Positions 27,707 to 37,000 of a stretch of 64,000 bases of DNA are shown one piece after another. The stretch lies in the IMG/VR virus record IMGVR_UViG_3300043438_000518, positions 1 through 64,000 of that record; one strand, 5' to 3'. Under the pieces are notes generated by a model. The model was not told where the DNA came from and searched no databases. It saw only the letters and a list, made by a program, of their open reading frames with translations. The DNA comes from a virus (lineage: Duplodnaviria; Caudoviricetes). A program made the position numbers and the translations under genes. Positions within the stretch are counted from its first letter, which is position 1; each line of letters opens with the position of its first letter.

Positions 27707-28390
27707 ATGTTTGTCCCAGGAGTAAACGGTTCTATAATTCCCAGTGCACCCTCAGGTTCTAAGCTTAAGGGTGCATATAAGAATTCTAAAAAACGTAAGA
27801 TGCCTAATGGCGGAATAGAACTTGCTTTAGATGCAGCTTCTTACATTCCACCACCAGTAGGTACAGTGGCTTCACTTCTTGGTGCAGGTTTGAATGCCTA
27901 TCAGGGGGATTATACAGGAATGAGTCTAGACTTAGCTAGTGCTGCTAGTGGTGGAGCATCTAAGTGGTTTGGTGCAGCTGCAGATGCTGCAAAGATGGCT
28001 AATTCTGCGAGACTTGCTTCAAGTATGGCATCTAAAGCTAAAACATTTCAAACTTTTTCTAATCCAGTAATATCTAAGACAGCATCAACAGTTAGAGATT
28101 TTAGTTCAGCTACGCAAAACTCTCCTTATAACTCAACTATAAGAACTCCCCAGAGGGATAATGCTCAAGTACAATTTAGACCTAATCCTAATTTACGTAG
28201 GATGGAAGAAGGCGGAGAAGTAGAAGGTGATGATAAAGAGATGGTAGATGGAGTAGCTGCTATCTTAAGAGGAGTTAAAAGTAAATCAAATAGACTACAG
28301 TTAGCAAATAAACTTGCTAAACAATTTAATAGAGAAAAAGTAAACTATGACTTATCTTCTTTCCTAAAAAAATCTAAAGTAAAGAAATAG
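27707..28390 (+). CDS. Putative internal virion protein with a glycine-zipper / pre-toxin-TG-like segment
   Basis: LDAASYIPPPVGTVASLLGAGLNAYQGDYTG hydrophobic motif; contains MxxGG motifs. Confidence 0.5.
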   Translation: MFVPGVNGSIIPSAPSGSKLKGAYKNSKKRKMPNGGIELALDAASYIPPPVGTVASLLGAGLNAYQGDYTGMSLDLASAASGGASKWFGAAADAAKMANSARLASSMASKAKTFQTFSNPVISKTASTVRDFSSATQNSPYNSTIRTPQRDNAQVQFRPNPNLRRMEEGGEVEGDDKEMVDGVAAILRGVKSKSNRLQLANKLAKQFNREKVNYDLSSFLKKSKVKK

Positions 28391-28391
28391 T

Positions 28392-29012
28392 ATGTTGTCT
28401 TTAACAGAAGATCAGGTAACTAAGTACATCACTAACAAGAGTCGTAGTGGAGTTATTTATAAAATCACCAACCTAGTTAATGGTCATTTTTACATAGGAA
28501 GTAGCCAGAACTTTATTAAAAGATATTATACACACCTTAATCATATAAGAATAAATAAAAGCTCTTGTACTGTTCTAATTCGTGCAGTTATTAAATACGG
28601 AGAGGACAATTTTAAATTAGAGATAATAGAAGAATGTGAAACTCAAGACCTACTTGCAAGAGAACAACATTACTTAGATACTTTATTGCCTGAGTATAAC
28701 GTGGCAAAGATTGCAGGAAGTAACACTGGAATAAAGAGAAGTAAAGAAACCAAGGAAGCAAAGTCTGCGCAACAAAAACAAAACTGGCAAAATACAGAAT
28801 ACAAAAACAAACACTTAAAACTATTATCTAAGAATTGGAAATCTGGAGAAGCACACAGTATGGCAAAATTGACCGAGTCAGACGTAGTTAAGATAAAAAC
28901 AAAACTACAATTGGGACATAAGCCAAAAGAAGTTGCAGATATGTTAGGACTTAGTTACTATTCTGTAAAAGACATCCATAGAGGTAAAACTTGGAAAAAC
29001 GTAATAATATGA
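28392..29012 (+). mobile_element. Freestanding GIY-YIG homing endonuclease
   Basis: SGVIYKITNLVNGHFYIGSS...REQHYLD...YNV catalytic domain, NUMOD-like GIKRSKETK and a C-terminal HTH (AKLTESDV...GKTWK). Confidence 0.9.
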
Positions 29013-29572
29013 AAAAGAAATTAAATAAACTGGGTGTAGAAAATTCTTTATGGAATAACATCCGTGCTAAGAGAGGTTCTGGAAAGAAGCCTACTCCAGA
29101 GATGCTTAAACAAGAACGCAAGATTAAAGCTAAGATGGCTGACGGTGGTAAGATGCCTACCTCAGTAGCTAAAGCAAGATTTGTAGCAGCTAATAGTGGA
29201 AACGTATCTGAAGCTAGACAAGATGCTTCTAAGTATGGTTACAAATTTATGGCAGGCGGCAGACTTAAAGCTGCTTACATGGCTAAGGGAGGAAACATTG
29301 CTAAGACTACTAAAGGTCCAGGAGCAAACTATCGTCCTACTAAACAAGGAGCAGGTATGACTAAGAAAGGTGTAATGGCTTATCGTAGAGCAAACCCTGG
29401 ATCTAAACTAAGTACTGCTGTTACAGGTAAGGTAAAGCCAGGTAGCAAAGCAGCTAATCGTAGAAAGTCCTACTGTGCTCGTTCATTAGGTCAATTGCGT
29501 AGATCCTCTCAGGCTACACAGAATGATCCTAATAGCAGAATCAGACAAGCACGTAGGCGTTGGAAGTGCTAA
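29009..29572 (+). CDS. Very basic modular protein (DUF6321-like C-terminus)
   Basis: ATG at 29009; LWNNIRAKR module; GAGMTKKGV.AYRRANPGSKL...RRKSYCARS...RRWKC module. Confidence 0.65.
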   Translation: MKKKLNKLGVENSLWNNIRAKRGSGKKPTPEMLKQERKIKAKMADGGKMPTSVAKARFVAANSGNVSEARQDASKYGYKFMAGGRLKAAYMAKGGNIAKTTKGPGANYRPTKQGAGMTKKGVMAYRRANPGSKLSTAVTGKVKPGSKAANRRKSYCARSLGQLRRSSQATQNDPNSRIRQARRRWKC

Positions 29573-29598
29573 TAACTAAATAAACTAAAACTAAATAT

Positions 29599-29754
29599 AT
29601 GGCCGCTAAAGCATCTAAATCAAAATCAACTTCTACTGCTTCTAAGTTTAAAGTTAAACCAAAGATTCGCAGAAAGGGAGTAGTAGCAAAAACTAAAGCT
29701 TCAAAGTTAAAGTCTAGTAAGAACTACTTAAAGAAATCACGAGGTCAGGGGTAA
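29599..29754 (+). CDS. 51-aa Lys/Ser-rich histone/protamine-like protein (not in the ORF track)
   Basis: MAAKASKSKSTSTASKFKVKPKIRRKGVVAKTKASKLKSSKNYLKKSRGQG; A-rich leader upstream and a terminator at its end. Confidence 0.7.
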   Translation: MAAKASKSKSTSTASKFKVKPKIRRKGVVAKTKASKLKSSKNYLKKSRGQG

Positions 29755-29777
29755 GCAATTACCCCTTGCTTTTTTTT
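29747..29777 (+). terminator. Intrinsic terminator
   Basis: AGGGGTAA-GCAA-TTACCCCT-TGCTTTTTTTT. Confidence 0.85.
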
Positions 29778-29795
29778 ATTAATCTTGTATATTTG
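29766..29795 (+). promoter_or_regulatory. Bacteroidota-type promoter for the cargo genes
   Basis: TTG-N19-TATATTTG, overlapping the terminator. Confidence 0.75.
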
Positions 29796-29858
29796 TATAA
29801 CTAGCTTATTCTCAAGCACTTATTAACATACTAAGTTAATAACATTAATCATTAAAAC

Positions 29859-32219
29859 ATGTTAAGAAACAATCTTTTTAAGAGATTTGGTCAATCAGGT
29901 ATGAAAGAACCTGTAGACAAAATATCTGGAGCAGGTCTAGAGCCTATTCAAGACTATCCTACTATAGAAGAGATAGCTAGTAAGATTAAGCCTATCACTA
30001 AAGATATGATGGGATTAGGCAAACCTAAGAATGAAGGAGAGTATGAAAAGGCATATGGAGAGTTGGAAATCTCTCCTGCTAAAAAATCTTCTATTGCTCC
30101 TATTACAGAACGTCAAGGTATAGGAGATAGAATGTCTGCAGATATACGTAATCAAGATCAAACCTTAGATGAAGCAGAATATTTTACTACTACTCCTGAA
30201 AGTATACAAGATGCTCAAGATGTAAGTAATGAAGTAGCTTCTCAGTATAATCCTAAAACAAAAAAGAAACTTCCTAAATTTGGAGAGGACTTTGGAGATG
30301 CATTAAATCTTGGATTACTAGGATTAGATGCAGCTCTTACATATAATCAAGACTTAGAAAATCAACGTAAATTAACTGAATCAATTCAACAAAAAAACTC
30401 TAAACCTCTTTACGACTATAACTTTATGTATGGTCCTACTACTAGTGGTGGAACAGAGTATCAACCTACAATCAAAGCCGAAATGGGTGCAAAAATAAAT
30501 AAACGTTATGCTAGTGATGGCATGAACGATGTAGAGATCGAAGGAGGAGAGTTTATCCAACTTCCAAACTTAGAGACAGAAATAGCTGAAGGACCCTCTC
30601 ATGAGAATGGAGGTATCCCTACAAACCTTCCTGATGAAACTCGTGTTTACTCTAACAACTTAAAGCCAGAAGGCTCTAAGAAAACCTTTGCTCAGATTGC
30701 TAAGAACTACGATACTACTTCATATAAGAAAACCTTAGAGAATCCTTTTGCTAAACAAGTAGATAAGGATACTGCAGGTATTATGATGCAACGTAATCAA
30801 AAGATTCTTGATGAACTCTTCAGAGACCAGCAGATTATGAATGGTAATTCTAACGGGGAAGTAGAAGCTAAGAATGGAGCAGGTATCAATAACCCAGGAT
30901 TTAAATCATTACCTGGTTATGTACAAGCTAAAATTACTGCTAATATGAAAGACGGAGGTAAAAAGAATCCTCAACCAGATGTTACAAGTCTTCCTCCACA
31001 ACTTCGAAACTACGCTAAATGGGATCCCGGATTTCAAAAGAAAGATGGTTCTATTGGAGCTTATAGATTAGAAGTACCTGCAGGTTTAGATCAAGATGCA
31101 CTTACTAGTGTAGCAAGGGCAGCTGAGTCTTACGGAATCAGCAACTTAGTTCAAACATCTAATACAAGAATGCAAGGAGCTCCTGGTATTAAAGGATTCC
31201 ATTCAGGACTTTCTCCTCAAGACTTCGAAAAGAAAATTGTAGCAGAAAGTATAGGTAAAGAACAGGCAGGAAAATTAAATGAATTAGAGACTCGTCAAAA
31301 AGCTTTTGAGTTAATGGGGGTGGATACTGAAGGGTATGATGTAAACGATGCTTCTAAATTATATGCTGATGACTACTTTAGAGAAAAAGCATTCTATCCT
31401 GCATTTCAAAAATACTTACCTGAAAATAAATTTAGGGCACAAGAAGGCGATGATAAAATGTTTGGCTTTGAGCATTATGATGCAATTAAAGCTAAAACTC
31501 CTCCAGGAGAAACCCCAGAAGAAACCCCTAAACAGGATGTAACTGGAGGAACTCCTGTTGGTGAAGTGGGAAAACCAGTAACAGGTAAATACACTAGAGG
31601 ACAGTTTCCTTTGTATCAAGCTATTCCTGAAGCTATGGGATTAGCTCAAGCACAAGAAATCTACTCTTATGCTATTCCTGAAGTAGACGCTCCTTACGTA
31701 CGTCCTCAGACTTTAAACATTCAGAGTGAGTTACAAGACATTGATAATATGGGAATGGCAGCTATGAGATCAGGAGCAGATCCTAACATGGCTTACATCG
31801 CAGGATTAGACGCTAAACAAAAAGCTTTTCAGTCTAAGCAAAACTTCGATGCTCAGGGACGTTCTCAAGCTGATATGGCTAATGCACAAATGAGTATGCA
31901 AGCAGATCAGTTTAATGCTCAGGCTTTTGATCGTGTATACAATAACTTAGTAGGCCAAGCTAGAGATGCTCAGTCTGGAGAAAAGTTAGCAGCAGTTGCT
32001 AGTTTAACAGAGAAAAGAGGTAAATTTGAACAAGACGAAAACCTTAAAGCTATGGGTATTCCTATTGTTGCTCCTGGCTATGATGTTAATTCTACAGGTG
32101 ATATGAGTTTACCTGCAAATATGAAAGCTGCTTTTGACTATTATAATTATATGAAAGATCAAGATGCTAAAGCAACTAAGACAGCTAAAAAAGGAATGTA
32201 CAAAAAATCTAAAAAGTAA
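29859..32219 (+). CDS. Internal virion / ejection (cargo) protein 1
   Basis: VEIEGGE...GPSHENGGI motif typical of crAss-like cargo proteins; Ala/Gln-rich C-terminus; upstream of the vRNAP. Confidence 0.7.
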   Translation: MLRNNLFKRFGQSGMKEPVDKISGAGLEPIQDYPTIEEIASKIKPITKDMMGLGKPKNEGEYEKAYGELEISPAKKSSIAPITERQGIGDRMSADIRNQDQTLDEAEYFTTTPESIQDAQDVSNEVASQYNPKTKKKLPKFGEDFGDALNLGLLGLDAALTYNQDLENQRKLTESIQQKNSKPLYDYNFMYGPTTSGGTEYQPTIKAEMGAKINKRYASDGMNDVEIEGGEFIQLPNLETEIAEGPSHENGGIPTNLPDETRVYSNNLKPEGSKKTFAQIAKNYDTTSYKKTLENPFAKQVDKDTAGIMMQRNQKILDELFRDQQIMNGNSNGEVEAKNGAGINNPGFKSLPGYVQAKITANMKDGGKKNPQPDVTSLPPQLRNYAKWDPGFQKKDGSIGAYRLEVPAGLDQDALTSVARAAESYGISNLVQTSNTRMQGAPGIKGFHSGLSPQDFEKKIVAESIGKEQAGKLNELETRQKAFELMGVDTEGYDVNDASKLYADDYFREKAFYPAFQKYLPENKFRAQEGDDKMFGFEHYDAIKAKTPPGETPEETPKQDVTGGTPVGEVGKPVTGKYTRGQFPLYQAIPEAMGLAQAQEIYSYAIPEVDAPYVRPQTLNIQSELQDIDNMGMAAMRSGADPNMAYIAGLDAKQKAFQSKQNFDAQGRSQADMANAQMSMQADQFNAQAFDRVYNNLVGQARDAQSGEKLAAVASLTEKRGKFEQDENLKAMGIPIVAPGYDVNSTGDMSLPANMKAAFDYYNYMKDQDAKATKTAKKGMYKKSKK

Positions 32220-32222
32220 ACC

Positions 32223-33941
32223 ATGCCAATTTCAGCACAACATACAAAGTTTGAATATCCAGATTATATTTCTCCTTTACCAGCAGACGACCTATTAAAG
32301 TTTGCTCAGAAAAAGCAAGAAATGTATGATGAAGGTGTAGCTAAAGTACAACAGAACATTGACAGTTATCATAACTTACGTTCTTCTATTCTTACTGACG
32401 TAGAGAAAGAGTACTTTGATAAGAGTATGGGTAACCTAGTAAAGGCTATTAGTTCAAGCGCAGGATTAGACTTCTCTAACAAAGCAAATGTACAAGCAGT
32501 TTTAAACGTAGGTAAACCCTTAGAAAGAGATCAATATATCTTAACAGCTATCTCTAACGGTAAAGAAGTATCTCGTAGGCAAGAACAATTGTCTAAGATG
32601 AAGCCTGGAGAACGTAGTGCAGTTAATGACTACTTCTATATGAAGGACGTTAACGACTATATGCAAAGTGGTAAGTTAGGTCAAAAGATCGGTTACGGCA
32701 AAGACTATACTCCTTACGTAGATCTTTCTAAAGATTGGATGGAGTTTATGAAGACTCAAAAGCCTAATCAAAACGAGACTTTTAATATGCAATCTGGTAT
32801 GGGACCTGCTTATATTGAAAAGGTAACCGTAGAAGGATTTAACACAGCAGACTTAGCAGAGAAGTTTAAAGCTTTCATTGCAACTGATCCTAACAAGTTA
32901 CGTCAGTTTCAAATGGATGCTGGTTATAGTCTAGACCAAATAGGTAAAGATAATGCTTATACAGGTTACGTAGAAGATATGCAGTCTAAGGCTACTACAG
33001 CAGCACAGAATGCACAGATGTTTAGGAATGAGGCAAACAGATTAGAAAGAGCATACGCTACTACTAAGTCTCCTACTGTTAAATCACAATTAGAACAGGC
33101 TAAACAAAAAGCAACTTACTACGAACAATCTCGTTTGTTAGCAGAACAAAAAGCTTCTACTACCTTAGAAGACTTTGACTTAGGTGAGTACATGGAAATC
33201 TACCAAGACAAGTTTGCTACAAACATGGGTAACATGTATGCTAGTCAAAAAGTAAGTAGAGATCTTATCAGCAACGAATACTGGAAAGAAGCTAGAGCAG
33301 ATGCTAGACAAATGCAAAAGATTAACGCTGATAGACAGACTGCAATTGATATTAATAACTTAAATCAAAAAGTAAGTTTCCAAGCTGACACTTCTGTAAT
33401 CAAACCTTTGTTACAGAACTTTAGTAAAGTTCAAAGTAGCTTGGCTGTTATTGCAGAACAAGCAAGACAAGATGGAAATGCTGGAGCTGCTTCTAACCTT
33501 AATGAAGCTGTACAGAATTTTAGAAGAGCTGAGAAGGCTACAGGAAAAGATCAACTATTCTACATTGAACAAGCACTTGCTAAACTTCCAAAGAGAGGTA
33601 TCAATTCTAAATATCAAAATGCAATCTCAGCAATCCTTTCAGGTTCTGAAGGCACAGACTACGAGTCTACTAATACCAGACTAAGAGAAGACCTTAGAAA
33701 CATTAGAACTGCTATAGATAAGTACGGTGAGGGAGAAGATATTAATTTACCTGTAAGTGTAAACGGTATCTTCGATAGAACCTTAGGGGGTATGACATCT
33801 TTTGACTTTATTAGAAATGCTCCTAATTTAAATAACTTTTATATAGGTGCAGCTGATATTAGTACCTCTACTACAGATGATGGAGGAACTACTAAGACTA
33901 CTAGATCTGTGAAGTATTCTTCCGATATAGATAAGAAATAA
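32223..33941 (+). CDS. Internal virion / ejection (cargo) protein 2
   Basis: YISPLP...KQEMYD...GLDFS helical protein directly upstream of the vRNAP. Confidence 0.65.
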   Translation: MPISAQHTKFEYPDYISPLPADDLLKFAQKKQEMYDEGVAKVQQNIDSYHNLRSSILTDVEKEYFDKSMGNLVKAISSSAGLDFSNKANVQAVLNVGKPLERDQYILTAISNGKEVSRRQEQLSKMKPGERSAVNDYFYMKDVNDYMQSGKLGQKIGYGKDYTPYVDLSKDWMEFMKTQKPNQNETFNMQSGMGPAYIEKVTVEGFNTADLAEKFKAFIATDPNKLRQFQMDAGYSLDQIGKDNAYTGYVEDMQSKATTAAQNAQMFRNEANRLERAYATTKSPTVKSQLEQAKQKATYYEQSRLLAEQKASTTLEDFDLGEYMEIYQDKFATNMGNMYASQKVSRDLISNEYWKEARADARQMQKINADRQTAIDINNLNQKVSFQADTSVIKPLLQNFSKVQSSLAVIAEQARQDGNAGAASNLNEAVQNFRRAEKATGKDQLFYIEQALAKLPKRGINSKYQNAISAILSGSEGTDYESTNTRLREDLRNIRTAIDKYGEGEDINLPVSVNGIFDRTLGGMTSFDFIRNAPNLNNFYIGAADISTSTTDDGGTTKTTRSVKYSSDIDKK

Positions 33942-33971
33942 ATTTATCTATCTTTATTAATTACAATTAAT

Positions 33972-33979
33972 TATATTTG
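33972..33979 (+). promoter_or_regulatory. -7 promoter box upstream of the giant RNAP gene
   Basis: TATATTTG 29 nt before ATG 34009; no clear TTG at -33. Confidence 0.5.
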
Positions 33980-34008
33980 TTTACACAGTAATTTTAACTA
34001 ACTATTAG

Positions 34009-37000
34009 ATGCCACAAGATCCTATAATTGCATTACTTCAGAATCAAGGACTAGATCCATTTACACAATCTAAGCCAGTATCTCGTCTACAGGCTGCTAG
34101 TATATCTACATCAGCTGCCGAAATAAGTAGAGCAGCTGCAGCACCTTTTCAAGCACAGTTGACTATTGGTAAAGGAGTAAATGATATTTTAGCAGGAGGA
34201 GCTAAAGCAGAGATGCTTAGCCCTTATGAAAACGTATCTAGTTCTATGCTTAAGGGAATTGAGATTCCTCAGATAAGTTTAGACAAAGGAATACAACAAG
34301 AGATTAAAGTATCTGCCGATGTATTGAGTAGGACTTTAAGAGAAGGAAGTCTTGAAGAAAGTCAAGCGGCATTAAAAGAACTACGTGATAAGTATAATAA
34401 TATTTCTAAGTCTGTTTTAAGTAACAAAGAAAAAGAAAACTTAAGACAAGCTTATGCAGGTTTAGTAGAGCAGGTTAACCAGATCAATACGTTTAAATTA
34501 GCTAAACAACAGACTGATTCTTTCTTTTCTGAAAATGCTTTAGAGGACAGAGAAAAGGGACTTAAAGACTTTAATGCTAACTCACGTCTTCCTCTTTCAC
34601 TTAAATCTAAACAAACTAAGAACTCTGACATTATCAATAGTCTTGCAGATTTAGAATCTAATAGAATAGGATCTAGACTATATAACGAAGAAGACTTATC
34701 TACTTTTAAATCTACCTATGTAGATACTGATAAGGATCTTTATGCTGGTATGGAAATGCAGTATAATTATGCTGTTAAGCAATCAGTAGATGAAAAGATC
34801 AACGACTATCAGAAACAAATCCAAGATTTAGATTCTCAAATTAAGCAGTCATATGATCAAGGTCAGAAGAATGCGTTAGCTATGCAGAAAGCAGGTGTAG
34901 TAAAAGAACTTAACTACGCTAATAACCTTTCTCAGAAACTTAAGCCTTACACTAATGAAGATACTTACCTAAAGAACTTCTACCCAGAAGAGTATACTAA
35001 GAAAAAAGATAGACAAAAACAGGAAGTATATCGTAATGAAATGCTTGCTGAAGGTGATCAAGGATCTTGGTCAGAAACTCTATATAGAAGTGCTCAGAGT
35101 ATAGGTTCAAATTTTACCAAACAAATTTCAGGTGCAGCTTATTTTTTTGGAAACAAAGAACTTGGATACAGACTTAAGTCTGCTGCAGAGTCTATTGCTC
35201 CTCCTACTTACTTTGTAGGTAAAGATCTAAACAAGAATAGTAAAATAGACGATTCTGAAATTACTAGAGACATTCATGGTAACCGAGTTACTATGAGTCA
35301 AGTAAGATGGATAGATAAAAGCGGAGAGTCTCATTGGAACCTATGGGCTCCTGTAGAACAAACTCTTCCTATCTTAACAGACGTACTTACTACTATTGCA
35401 ATTTCTAAAGGATTAGGTGCAGTAGGTAGAGGTGCAGGATTAACTTATGGTAGGATGGGTGCTGCTGCAGGATTAGGTGAAGCTGCAAATGCTAGCTTTG
35501 TAAAAAACTGGGCTCCACGTATTTCTACTATGGGTATAGTAAGTGCTACAACTTTCCCTAGATTTTATGCAGAAGAACGCTCTAACTTTAAGAACTCTGA
35601 TGATGCATTTAAAGTAGCTACTATGCGTGCGGCTGTAGAAGGTCTTACAGAATCTATTGTACCTGATGTAAACATGTTTAGTGGCAAGATTGCTTACGGT
35701 GCTTTAGATCCTGCATTTGCTAAACTAGGTAAATTAGATCCTGCTAGTCTGAGTCGCTTAACAGTTAAGAGAGATGTTCTATTAGGACTATTACCTAAGG
35801 GAGCTATATCACCTGCTAAGGCTGCTTTGTTAATGGCTCCTGCAGCTCTAAGAAGAACTCTAACAGGAGCTTCTCAAGAAGCTATAGAAGAACTAGGTTC
35901 TTTAGTAGGTAACTATGTTGTAGATCAGTATGCTTCTAATCAAAACTTTGAAGTAGAAGAAACTAATCAACTAACAGGTGAGGCTTTCTTAGATACTTTT
36001 GTAGAAGGTTTTATTCCTTCTTTGTTTATTTCAGGGGGTTCTACTTTACTTGCTAAAGGAGCAATGAAAAAAGAACGCTTAGATCAAGCAAGATGGAACA
36101 TAGCAAACAACCCTGAAAAGTATAAACAGTTAATCGCTAACCAAGTTCAAAACCAAAAGATCACCAAAGACGAAGGTTTAAAAAGAACTGTTGCAATTGA
36201 TAGACTAGCTAAACAGTTAGACGTTATTCCTGAAATTCAAAACATCAAGAGTCTAACTACCTTATTGGATGACAAAGAAGCTCAGTATAACTTCTTTAAT
36301 AATGTTCTTTTTCAAGAAGATCTTCTTACTGTAGATACTACACAGTTAAGTGAAGAACAAGTAGAGCAACATAAAGAGTCTTTGGCTAAAGTAAGTAAAG
36401 ACATTCTTACTACGAAAAATCTAGCTGATAAGTATGCTGGACTAGAGGAGAACGATAAGAAAGCAATCATATCTAAACTGTTTGATAAGCAAGCTCAGGC
36501 TGCAACCTCAGAGGATGCTACTCTTTCTTCTATTATGTTTACTGCAGAGCAAACTAAACAAATGATGGTTACTGCTCCTGTAAACGATCCTAGATACGAA
36601 TTTATTAACGAACAGTATAAGAACTTTCAAAGCAAGGTAGATGCTAATATTAGAACTAGGGTTGAGAACTTTGCTTCTAGATTAGAAAACACTCCAGAGC
36701 AAGTAACTCTACTTGAGTTGCAGATGGCACAAGATACCTTCTTACCTGCATTAGAACGCTTAGATGCTTTAGATAAAGGTATGCAGGTAGAGAACTCTCC
36801 TATGGCTCCAGAGATAGGGCCTATGCCTGAGAATACTCCTGAGTTAATGCAGGCTATTAAAGATGAATTAGCTTCTAGAAAAATAATATCAGCAGAAGAT
36901 TTTAATCGTGAAGTAAGTCAGAACTTAAAGAATCCAGAAACCAAACAAGTACAAGAAGCTCAGTTAAGTGTAGCAGAGTTGTCTGAAGAAGAACTTGCTA

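Noticed and set aside
28392-29012. Group I intron around the GIY-YIG gene
   Set aside because: There is no flanking non-coding sequence to form the ribozyme core, and both neighbours have their own stop and start.
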